Below are positions 8,989-16,918 of a DNA stretch of 64,000 bases, one piece after another. This stretch comes from a virus (Duplodnaviria; Heunggongvirae; Uroviricota; Caudoviricetes), in IMG/VR virus record IMGVR_UViG_3300028666_000024, positions 1 to 64,000 of that record; one strand, given 5' to 3'. The first letter of the stretch is position 1, and each line of letters starts with the position of its first letter. A program made the position numbers and the translations under genes. Below the pieces are notes generated by a model, which saw only the letters and a program-made list of their open reading frames with translations, was not told the origin of the DNA and did not search any database.

Positions 8989-9933
8989 TTATCCCGGCAT
9001 TCCAACGTAAGGCTCAGGTTTCAAAAGTTTTTCAATTTTATCAAGTTTTTCGAAGACATCTTTTGAACTTATAAATTCATAATCTGTTTGAGAAATTTCA
9101 GAACCCATCTTTTCAAAACTTCCAAAGTGTTCTTCAAGAATCTCCTGCAACAAGATTTTTAAATCTCCCTGTCTTGGGAATTGTGAAAGATTGGATTTAT
9201 TTTTGATTTCTTCAAGATTTGACATTCTCTTTTGAAATTCATTATCAAATCTGTCGAAGTCTCCCCATTCACCTTTCCGCATCAACTTACATTCTTCTTT
9301 GTTTCTTTCAAGGTCAATGTCATTTGTAAGAAGGATCTGTTCGAGTTGGTCAATGAGTCTGAGAGTATGATAGGCCATTTTCACATCATAACCATGTTTA
9401 GCAACCAAATTTTTTCGTTCTTCAGTTTCAGGATTACGCTGTCTGATACGATGCATTTGTCCGTTGGCATATCCCTTAAATGCATGGAAGGTTTTCATTG
9501 ACAAGAACTTCTGACGATTATCACGGAGCATCCATCCCATTTTTGTTCCAACAGTAACCAGAGGACGCTTGACAAAAAGTATCTCAACAAGATTTGGAGA
9601 ACCTTTCAGTCCCGCATGGATAAAGAATTCAATGAGAGAAACCCACTCCGCTTCAAACATCTTTCCATCTATGTTGACTTTTCCGTCTTTTCCTTTGAGT
9701 TCTTTTCTGGAGAATGCTGGAACCTGATCAAATCCTAAAATAAATCCAAACTTCTGAGGGAAAAGATGTTCGGCCTTTGGGAGAATTATTCCGAGCAGGT
9801 CATAATCGGAAGTAGGAGTTTGACAACCATATGCCTGAGAACCACCTATTGTTTCAAGCATCAGGTTATTAACCATCCACTGTTCGGATTTTTCAAACTT
9901 GCCGTGCTGAGAATACCATTGAGTGTAGTTCAA
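8989..9933 (-). CDS. Pol-beta superfamily nucleotidyltransferase (314 aa)
   Basis: GGSQAYGCQTPTSDYDLLG (hG[GS]x9-13DxD) followed by a helical C-domain; TTG start overlaps the upstream stop (TTGA). Confidence 0.5.
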   Translation of the reverse strand: MNYTQWYSQHGKFEKSEQWMVNNLMLETIGGSQAYGCQTPTSDYDLLGIILPKAEHLFPQKFGFILGFDQVPAFSRKELKGKDGKVNIDGKMFEAEWVSLIEFFIHAGLKGSPNLVEILFVKRPLVTVGTKMGWMLRDNRQKFLSMKTFHAFKGYANGQMHRIRQRNPETEERKNLVAKHGYDVKMAYHTLRLIDQLEQILLTNDIDLERNKEECKLMRKGEWGDFDRFDNEFQKRMSNLEEIKNKSNLSQFPRQGDLKILLQEILEEHFGSFEKMGSEISQTDYEFISSKDVFEKLDKIEKLLKPEPYVGMPG

Positions 9934-10079
9934 TTTTTAAAAATTCCCATAAAATATCCATAGGTATAGTTAATAATACATACAACAGCAACAACCCAAA
10001 ATAATTTTGAACCATCTGCTGTGGGATAGATTGCACCTGCAAGAATGAAACTAATAAAATATATAACAAGATTAAGCAT
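9930..10079 (-). CDS. small membrane peptide (~49 aa)
   Basis: Hydrophobic ORF; translationally coupled to the NTase. Confidence 0.35.
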   Translation of the reverse strand: MLNLVIYFISFILAGAIYPTADGSKLFWVVAVVCIINYTYGYFMGIFKN

Positions 10080-10087
10080 TATAATAC

Positions 10088-10192
10088 CTAGCCTGATCGT
10101 GCCGATTCGACAGCTACCGGCAGCCGCTCGGTCATTGACTGGTTGGCGCTGTTTGATCCGTGGCGGTAGATCAGATAGTTTGTGATTTTCAT
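10088..10192 (-). CDS. small GC-rich peptide (34 aa)
   Basis: Strong AAGGAG RBS at 9 nt; GC-rich island. Confidence 0.4.
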   Translation of the reverse strand: MKITNYLIYRHGSNSANQSMTERLPVAVESARSG

Positions 10193-10207
10193 AATTAGTA
10201 ACTCCTT

Positions 10208-10225
10208 GCGGGGATTTCTCCCCGC
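10208..10225. promoter_or_regulatory. GC stem-loop gcgggg-atttct-ccccgc between two small GC-rich genes
   Basis: Perfect 6-bp inverted repeat; no T-run, so not a classical terminator. Confidence 0.4.
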
Positions 10226-10240
10226 CGGTTTAGGATGTGG

Positions 10241-10396
10241 TTATGCTACGATGATCTTAAAATCCGTGCTCGGGCGGTATGCATCTGCCATGGCGCGGCA
10301 GCGTTTGTAGGATGTGCTGCGCGTCTCTGTGAGCCGTCCAGCTGAGCGCCTGCCAAAAGTCGCGACCGCTACATATTCCCTTTTTGCCTTTTCCAT
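10241..10396 (-). CDS. small GC-rich protein (51 aa), moron-like
   Basis: Start and 5'UTR lie in the 130-bp repeat shared with the 643..843 gene. Confidence 0.45.
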   Translation of the reverse strand: MEKAKREYVAVATFGRRSAGRLTETRSTSYKRCRAMADAYRPSTDFKIIVA

Positions 10397-10445
10397 GTTC
10401 TCTCTCCTCGGTTTGATTGTTTTCCTTCTTACTGCCTTCCTTTAA

Positions 10446-10474
10446 AATATACAACATGCCGGGATAAAAGTCAA
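10446..10474 (-). promoter_or_regulatory. sigma70-like promoter TTGACT-N17-TATATT (second copy of the 906-934 promoter)
   Basis: Identical to the 906-934 promoter; sits in the 130-bp repeat 10392-10515. Confidence 0.5.
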
Positions 10475-10653
10475 ATGTTTTTAAATCTATTTTAAAATAT
10501 CTTTGAAACTCCAAAATTCAAACATTTTCAACCCCTTTTTAAAGAATGTTTAATTTCGTTGTATTTAAAATATATTATGGGTGAATCAGAGTCAAGAATT
10601 ATTTGAGGTATTTTTTATTTATTTGATTTTGTTTGAAAATTGCCGGGACATCA

Positions 10654-11292
10654 TTAATCTTCAGTAAAAAAGAATCTTCTACGTTTTAAAATAATCTTTT
10701 CAATTGGAATTTCAACAGATTTTTCAACAGATTTTTCAAGATTTTTAATTTTCTCTTCAAGAATTTTAATTTTCTCTTCAAGATTTCTATTTTCTATTTT
10801 TAAATTATATAAATCCTTTGATTTATTTTCTTCTACTAATTTTTTTAAAAAATCCTCTACATTGGAAGGTATACCATAAGAAGGCATATCATACATAATA
10901 TCACCTGTTTGATTGGAAGGTATACCATAAGAAGGCATATCATACATAATATCACCTGTTTGATTGGAAGGTATACCATAAGAAGGCATATCATACATAA
11001 TATCACCTGTTTGATTGGAAGGTATACCATAATCAGGCATATCATACCTAATATTACCTGTATTGGTTGGTCCTTTTATATTTAAATCATTAAAAAAATT
11101 CTGAATATCTACATTGGAAGGTATACCATAATCAAGCATATTAGAACTCTTCAATTTAATAGCACCTGTTTGCATTGTTAATTGTTCAGAAGATTTTTGT
11201 AACTCATCTAAATCAATGGCAACTTCTGGAAACCTTTTCATTCCTTGAGAACCATACTTTTGAAGTTCTTGAAAACTTTTTGGTGTTGTCAT
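10654..11292 (-). CDS. repeat protein (17-aa unit x4, YDMPSYGIPSNQTGDIM) with C-terminal KRRRFFFTED tail
   Basis: ORF with a 51-bp DNA tandem repeat at 10862-11040. Confidence 0.6.
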   Translation of the reverse strand: MTTPKSFQELQKYGSQGMKRFPEVAIDLDELQKSSEQLTMQTGAIKLKSSNMLDYGIPSNVDIQNFFNDLNIKGPTNTGNIRYDMPDYGIPSNQTGDIMYDMPSYGIPSNQTGDIMYDMPSYGIPSNQTGDIMYDMPSYGIPSNVEDFLKKLVEENKSKDLYNLKIENRNLEEKIKILEEKIKNLEKSVEKSVEIPIEKIILKRRRFFFTED

Positions 11293-11324
11293 TTGTATTT
11301 CATCCCTCCCAAATAAAGCTGACG

Positions 11325-12116
11325 TTATCCTATCATAAAATCATTAGGGGCACTTTCCATTTTGCAATCATCAAGAGCAGATTCATATTCCTGCTTGCCG
11401 TCTTCATAGATTGCATCACCGTTAAGAGACAATCCATCAGGAAGTGAACCAGAATATTTACCAAGAATATAACGACCCCAAAGCATTTTTGTCCGACCAG
11501 TACACATCTTCTTAACTGTTGGATGATTATATAACTCACAATCATCTAATCTTCGATATGTAATAAGAACTCCTGTGTATTGTTGATCTGGAGTTGGAGT
11601 TATTCGAATGATTTCTTTACCGGGAATATATTTAGCTCGGAATTGTTTACCAAAAATCTCATCAATATTTTTTATATATTGTTGAGCTATTGTATAATTT
11701 GTAAGTGTCAAACCATCATTAACTCCCATAGCACCACCCGGACCACCCGGATAATTACCCTGAACCACCCAACTGTCATGCAGCAACATATGTGTAGGAG
11801 TGAATAATGTATTAATTCCATCAAGTCCAACTGCAACCGAAAAATCATATATTGCTTCAACCCCACTTAATGTATTTCCATTTGAATCTTTAACAGCAGA
11901 TAAAGGATAATCCGTCTGTCCAACAGTTGTGGTAAACGTAATATATTCTGTGCATGTTCCATCCTCATATGCATACCTACTAAAAGTCTGACAACAATCT
12001 ATCACACATTGAGAAATTGTATCTTCTGGAAGTTCAACGTTGATAGCAGGAGCACCGAGCATAGTCTGAATATAACTTACCATATCACCACTTGTTGTTA
12101 TTGTCTTAAAAACCAT
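11325..12116 (-). CDS. hypothetical protein (264 aa), possibly structural
   Basis: ATG at 12116 with a GGAG RBS (the track start is TTG at 12128). Confidence 0.5.
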   Translation of the reverse strand: MVFKTITTSGDMVSYIQTMLGAPAINVELPEDTISQCVIDCCQTFSRYAYEDGTCTEYITFTTTVGQTDYPLSAVKDSNGNTLSGVEAIYDFSVAVGLDGINTLFTPTHMLLHDSWVVQGNYPGGPGGAMGVNDGLTLTNYTIAQQYIKNIDEIFGKQFRAKYIPGKEIIRITPTPDQQYTGVLITYRRLDDCELYNHPTVKKMCTGRTKMLWGRYILGKYSGSLPDGLSLNGDAIYEDGKQEYESALDDCKMESAPNDFMIG

Positions 12117-12274
12117 ATTTATCTCCAATTGTTTATTTCAATAACTATTTATAATTCTTTCAAACCTTTCATAAAAACTTCTCAACCCTCCTTTTAAAAA
12201 TTTATTTGTAAAGATTTGATTTAAAATATTTTACAAAAGATTTTAAAATTCTTTCTCTATGAAATAATATCTAT

Positions 12275-12544
12275 TTATTCTAACAATAGTTCTGCTTCTT
12301 CTTTAAGTTTCTTAGCACAATACGACATAACATACCAATCATACCATTTAATTTGTGTATCTCCCGGTTTATGTTCTTCTGGTGTTCCGTTCCACTCATT
12401 AGCTTTCTTGTTGATTTCTTCCCATTGTTCTTCCGTTAATGAGTTTCTAATTTCTTTTGGAAGATCATTACAACAATGTCTTGCAAAAGATTCAGAAGCA
12501 ATTTTCAATAGTTTGGATGCTAGAAGCAGTTCATGTTTTTTCAT
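12275..12544 (-). CDS. hypothetical protein (89 aa)
   Basis: ORF. Confidence 0.5.
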   Translation of the reverse strand: MKKHELLLASKLLKIASESFARHCCNDLPKEIRNSLTEEQWEEINKKANEWNGTPEEHKPGDTQIKWYDWYVMSYCAKKLKEEAELLLE

Positions 12545-12546
12545 TG

Positions 12547-13305
12547 TTATTTACTCCTCTTATCATTTTTGATTGTCAGTTTGGAGGTATTACAACTCCC
12601 GACATATCCACCAGATAATGTATTGATTGTCAGTTTGGAGGTCTCATAACTCCGGACATCTCCACTAGACACTGTATTGATTGTCAGTTTGGAGGTATCA
12701 AAACTCCGGACATCTCCACTAGACACTGTATTGATTGTCAGTTTGGAGGTATTATAACTCCCGACATCTCCACCAGACACTGTATCGATTGTCACTTTGG
12801 AGGTATCATAACTCCAGACATTTTCACCAGATAATGTATTGATTGTCAGTTTGGTGGTATCATAACTCAGGACATATCCACCAGATAATGTATTGATTGT
12901 CAGTTTGGATTTATTATAACTCCTGACATATCCAGCAGACACTGTATTGATTTTAACATTACCGGATAAAATAATCAAATTCAATTTGGTGAACTCAATT
13001 GGAATTTTTGTATCTTTTCGAATGATATGAGTTTTCGCCCATTCGTTCATTTTATCTCGACAAGCAATTTCTGCTTCTTTGATATTAAACCATTCCGGCA
13101 GAAAATCCTGATCTGTTTTAAATATCCAATTCTCTATAGGAGTTCGATAATCATTATCCTTTGGAGAAATTTCTATTCGAACAAAATCAGGTTTCTTTGT
13201 TTTGTCGTTCAATTTATTTTCCGATATGATATCCTCATGACTATCAGAATATTTGGAAAATAAAACATCATTCTGAGTTACGATGAAAGAGGCTGAGTTA
13301 CACAT
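12547..13305 (-). CDS. paralog family member 1: MCNSASF N-domain plus 7 x 18-aa repeats
   Basis: Conserved N-terminal ~125 aa, 18-aa repeats (KLTINTVSGGDVRSYDTS-like), C-terminal TIKNDKRSK; conserved AAAGGACATTAATTAAT-ATG upstream. Confidence 0.8.
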   Translation of the reverse strand: MCNSASFIVTQNDVLFSKYSDSHEDIISENKLNDKTKKPDFVRIEISPKDNDYRTPIENWIFKTDQDFLPEWFNIKEAEIACRDKMNEWAKTHIIRKDTKIPIEFTKLNLIILSGNVKINTVSAGYVRSYNKSKLTINTLSGGYVLSYDTTKLTINTLSGENVWSYDTSKVTIDTVSGGDVGSYNTSKLTINTVSSGDVRSFDTSKLTINTVSSGDVRSYETSKLTINTLSGGYVGSCNTSKLTIKNDKRSK

Positions 13306-13332
13306 ATTAATTAATGTCCTTTAGATATAAGT

Positions 13333-13479
13333 TTATATTTCAAAATCTTCAAAATTCATTTCTAAATCGTTCATTGCCTGTATCTTTGCTGCTTCTTCAC
13401 TAATAATAATTGAACCACATTCAGGACAGGTGAAATCAAATTCATTAACCAACACACCACAGAAAGGACATTCGTTCAT
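13333..13479 (-). CDS. zinc-ribbon peptide (48 aa; CPFCG...CPECG)
   Basis: AAGGAG RBS; two CPxCG motifs. Confidence 0.5.
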   Translation of the reverse strand: MNECPFCGVLVNEFDFTCPECGSIIISEEAAKIQAMNDLEMNFEDFEI

Positions 13480-13509
13480 GATACCTTCTCCTTTGTCTCA
13501 GGTTCGAAG

Positions 13510-14196
13510 TTAAGTTTCTAAATCCTTTTCAAAGTTGTCAAGATTTTCAAGCATACCCTGTAAATGTTCTGCTTTTGATTTTGCTTTTGCTATTGCAGGA
13601 TTATAATCAGGTAGAGATTTTTGAATTGCTTTACGTTTGTTAGGTTTAATTCTTTTTCCTTTCAATGCTCCAGTCATATCAGGTTTAATTTGACCATTGG
13701 AATATCTTGATTCCTCGACAACTAAAGATTCTTTCATTGTTCTGTCCTTCTCAAGTTTTTCCAATTGTTCAGAAGATTGTCTTTCTTCAAAAAATTTTTC
13801 AACTGGTTCAGAAGGTTTTGTTAAAATATTTGTAAGTTCTTGAGAAGTCATTCTGGTAGGTTTTGTTATCAATGGTTTTGACAAGGGAATTTCTTTTTCA
13901 ATTTCTTCTTTGAGTTCTTCTCTTGTCACATCAACTAACTCAACTTCGGGAAAATTTATAAGATTATTAATAGATTCAGAAACAATCTTTACATTTGTTT
14001 CAACAACCTTTGGAGGATTTTGTTGAAGTTTAAAATTATTAAAAATCTTTACCATGCTGCTTTTCTCTAATGCTTCTGCAAGTTCATCTGGCAACTCATA
14101 TACTTTACCATCTCTAGGTATAGCATATTTATTACCCCTCCATATTGTTCTTATTATAGTATTTACTTCCCACACATTCATCACAAACATAGACAT
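13510..14196 (-). CDS. hypothetical protein (228 aa)
   Basis: ORF. Confidence 0.55.
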   Translation of the reverse strand: MSMFVMNVWEVNTIIRTIWRGNKYAIPRDGKVYELPDELAEALEKSSMVKIFNNFKLQQNPPKVVETNVKIVSESINNLINFPEVELVDVTREELKEEIEKEIPLSKPLITKPTRMTSQELTNILTKPSEPVEKFFEERQSSEQLEKLEKDRTMKESLVVEESRYSNGQIKPDMTGALKGKRIKPNKRKAIQKSLPDYNPAIAKAKSKAEHLQGMLENLDNFEKDLET

Positions 14197-14561
14197 TATG
14201 CAACCTCCGGGACTTCAAATTCAGTTTTGGTTTCATCAATCTTATCAACCAAGACATCGTTCAGGGCTTCAACATAAAGTTCCTTATTACGAATACCAAC
14301 GAGTTCTTTAACCATAATACCTTTGTTAAATATTTGAATTGTAGGGAGAGCACATATATTCTGCTTCTCTGTTACTACACTATTCAAATCTATATCAATT
14401 TTTAAAAACTTTACTTTGTCTTTAAAACCTTCTTCAACATTTTCAAGTGTAGAAGTTGCAACACGACAGGGACCACACCATGAAGCGTAAAAATCAACAA
14501 CTACAGGAACTTCAGACTTTAAAACATTATTTTCAAAATTTACATCATTTGTTGAATTCAT
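14196..14561 (-). CDS. trx: thioredoxin
   Basis: WCGPC active-site motif (FYASWCGPCRV). Confidence 0.85.
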   Translation of the reverse strand: MNSTNDVNFENNVLKSEVPVVVDFYASWCGPCRVATSTLENVEEGFKDKVKFLKIDIDLNSVVTEKQNICALPTIQIFNKGIMVKELVGIRNKELYVEALNDVLVDKIDETKTEFEVPEVA

Positions 14562-14664
14562 TTACAAATCCTTTCATATAATATTTTCATTGATAAATTT
14601 TAAAGTTCTTTATAACTTCTGGTTCAAACATTTAAAATAATCCTTTTCAGATTATATTTATAGA

Positions 14665-14795
14665 AAGAGAAGGAAGGATTCGAACCCACGGACACCGCGC
14701 TGTATACACACGGAGTCAACTCTACAGGTTTTGATAGTATACATACCATAATACACCTGATAGTTTGCCTTAAACCTCTCGACCACATCTCTTTC
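14665..14795 (-). ncRNA. tRNA-like element (~128 nt) with an internal ~40-nt insertion
   Basis: Acceptor AGAGATG/CTTCTCT (6 of 7 bp), U8, 3-bp D-stem with GG loop, T-arm GTGGG-TTCGAAT-CCTTC contiguous with the acceptor; the core is ~40 nt too long for any standard tRNA. Confidence 0.4.
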
Positions 14796-14802
14796 CTTTT
14801 AA

Positions 14803-14922
14803 TTACTTAACGATAAGACTAAGCTGACCACACGCTGCACCGGCATTAATTTCGGCCTGAGTTGCAAATGCTACAGCATAATCATATCCCGCTGCTTCCA
14901 ACTGATTAACAATTGCTTCCAT
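14803..14922 (-). CDS. small peptide (39 aa) downstream of the radical-SAM gene
   Basis: GAAAGGA RBS; Ala/Gly-rich (MEAIVNQLEAAGYDYAVAFATQAEINAGAACGQLSLIVK). Confidence 0.35.
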   Translation of the reverse strand: MEAIVNQLEAAGYDYAVAFATQAEINAGAACGQLSLIVK

Positions 14923-14950
14923 GTTGCTCTATCCTTTCTATGGTTACGTG

Positions 14951-15736
14951 TTAGAGTAAATTCTTTCCCTTGATAATTCCTGTATCATAACCATTTCCTA
15001 TAGATACATCGTTGATATTTATAGGTGAGAGTTTAATGAAAAAAAACTCAGGGTCGAAATACTTCTTTAACTTTACAATATCAAAATCCTTTTCGTCTGC
15101 AAGTGTAAGATTGACAGTGGTTTTCAGGTTACTATTGGTTCGAATCTGTCCCAATTCTTTAATCGACATCTTGTTTTGAATAGGAATCAGATTGTTTCTT
15201 CGCTCCTCATCCAGACTATGTAAACTAATCTGGAGAGATATATTACCCTTAATCCAAGAAAAATCAGAATCCTTGATACCAATTGTGGAAAGATAATGGT
15301 GGGTTCCGGGAAAAAGATTTTCAAGTTTCCAAATTGCAGTTCTTACTTCATCAATGTTTAGAAACGGTTCTCCCATCCTTGTATAATTAATCTTATGTTC
15401 CGCCGCCGATTCAAACGGTTGACTATACTTCTCCTGAATAAATAAAACTTGTTGAACTATTTCATCCCAATCAAGAGAAGCACAAGTATCAAGCTTGCCT
15501 GTTGCACATATTTTACAACCAACAGGACAACCAGACATACAAGATACACCAATCATCCAACGTTCGGATCTACTCCCACAGTTACCAGACTCAAGAGTGT
15601 TTTGTTTCCTACCCACTGCATCCTTTGTATAAAATGGTAGATAGGTATCCGTTGTTTCAATAGGCAAACCATCAATAGTTTCCAATTTATAAACTACACC
15701 ATTCCCGAAAGATTTACTATCTACCATTCGTAACAT
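14951..15736 (-). CDS. radical SAM enzyme, RlmN/Cfr-like (261 aa)
   Basis: GCPVGCKICATG (CxxxCxxC as in RlmN GCxxxCxFCxTG), MGEPFLN (GGE motif), ISLHSLDEERRNNLIP (like RlmN ISLHAxxDxxRxxLxP). Confidence 0.65.
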   Translation of the reverse strand: MLRMVDSKSFGNGVVYKLETIDGLPIETTDTYLPFYTKDAVGRKQNTLESGNCGSRSERWMIGVSCMSGCPVGCKICATGKLDTCASLDWDEIVQQVLFIQEKYSQPFESAAEHKINYTRMGEPFLNIDEVRTAIWKLENLFPGTHHYLSTIGIKDSDFSWIKGNISLQISLHSLDEERRNNLIPIQNKMSIKELGQIRTNSNLKTTVNLTLADEKDFDIVKLKKYFDPEFFFIKLSPININDVSIGNGYDTGIIKGKNLL

Positions 15737-15738
15737 AA

Positions 15739-16557
15739 TTATTTACTCCTCCTATCATTTTTGATTGTCAGTTTGGAGGTCTCATAACTCTGGACATATC
15801 CACCAGCACCAGACACTGTATCGATTGTTAGTTTGGAGGTATCACGACTCTGGACAACTCCACCAGATAATGTATCGATTGTCACATTGGAGGTCTCATA
15901 CCTCCTGACATATCCACCAGACACTGTATCGATTGTCACATTGGAGGTATCATAACTCCGGACATCTCCACTAGACACTGTATTGATTGTCAGTTTGGAG
16001 GTATTATAACTCCTAACATCTCTACCAGACACTGTATCGATTGTCACTTTGGAGGTATTATAACTCCAGAGATCTCCACCAGACACTGTATCGATTGTCA
16101 CTTTGGAGGTATCATAACTCCCGACATATCCACCAGATATTGTATTGATTATCAGTTTGGAGGTATTATAACTCCGGACATCTCCACCAGATAATGTATC
16201 AATTGTCACATTACCAGATAAAATAATCAAATTCAGTTTGGTTAACTCAATTGGAATTTTTGTATCTTTTCGAATGATATGAGTTTTCGCCCATTCGTTT
16301 ATTTTATCTCGACAAGCAATTTCTGCTTCTTTGTTGTTAAACCATTCCGGCAGAAAATCCTGATCTGTTTTAAATATCCAATTCTCCATAGGAGTTCGAT
16401 AATCATTATCCTTTGGAAAAATTTCTATTCGAACAAAATCCGGTTTCTTTGTTTTATCGTTTAATTTATTTTCCGATATGATATCTTCATGACTATCTGA
16501 ATATTTGGAAAAGAAAACATCATTTTGAGTTACGATGAACGAGGCTGAGTTACACAT
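15739..16557 (-). CDS. paralog family member 2 (8 repeats)
   Basis: Same architecture as member 1. Confidence 0.8.
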   Translation of the reverse strand: MCNSASFIVTQNDVFFSKYSDSHEDIISENKLNDKTKKPDFVRIEIFPKDNDYRTPMENWIFKTDQDFLPEWFNNKEAEIACRDKINEWAKTHIIRKDTKIPIELTKLNLIILSGNVTIDTLSGGDVRSYNTSKLIINTISGGYVGSYDTSKVTIDTVSGGDLWSYNTSKVTIDTVSGRDVRSYNTSKLTINTVSSGDVRSYDTSNVTIDTVSGGYVRRYETSNVTIDTLSGGVVQSRDTSKLTIDTVSGAGGYVQSYETSKLTIKNDRRSK

Positions 16558-16559
16558 AT

Positions 16560-16685
16560 TAATTAATGTCCTTTTTTTTAGAACTTGTAATTAAAATCTT
16601 TTCATTTACCAATACCTTGTCTATTGATTCATAAACAAGCTTTGGAGAATTTTTTTCAATCTTTTTAATTCTTCTTCCGAAAGTC
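16560..16685 (-). CDS. small basic peptide (~41 aa)
   Basis: AAGGAG RBS; its stop abuts the start of family member 2. Confidence 0.35.
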
Positions 16686-16844
16686 ATTTTGAAATCTCCT
16701 TCTTTTGAAATAGGTTTATTAATCTTTATCTTTGATTATCATGGTGATTATGATAGCACCGATGATTAACATTCCAAAAATACAGACTATAGCTCCAAGA
16801 ATCTCACCTAACATTCATTTTCTCCTTGATTAAATTTAAAGAGA

Positions 16845-16918
16845 GATGGGAAGGATTTGAACCTCGCCGTCTTAGGATATATCTCCCGGCCTTACCACTT
16901 GGCTACATCTCTCATAGG
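16845..16918 (-). ncRNA. tRNA-like element (~73 nt) with no canonical anticodon stem
   Basis: Perfect 7-bp acceptor AGAGATG/CATCTCT, U8, GCC/GGC D-stem with GG loop, TTCAAAT T-loop; the anticodon arm cannot be folded; lies immediately 3' of the NAMPT stop. Confidence 0.35.

Noticed and set aside
13027-13263. Conserved 61-78-aa antisense ORFs (MSFRPFV...) inside every member of the paralog family (also 16279-16464, 21681-21902, 40387-40623, 42689-42958, 43551-43772)
   Set aside because: Their conservation is a by-product of the conserved sense strand. The sense ORFs span the whole repeat region, have RBSs and match the local gene orientation. The antisense ORFs are short and of odd composition.
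14665-14795. Group I or archaeal-type intron inside the tRNA-like element
   Set aside because: The extra ~40 nt is far too short for a group I intron, and a BHB intron is implausible in a bacteriophage. I left it as a tRNA-like element with an insertion.
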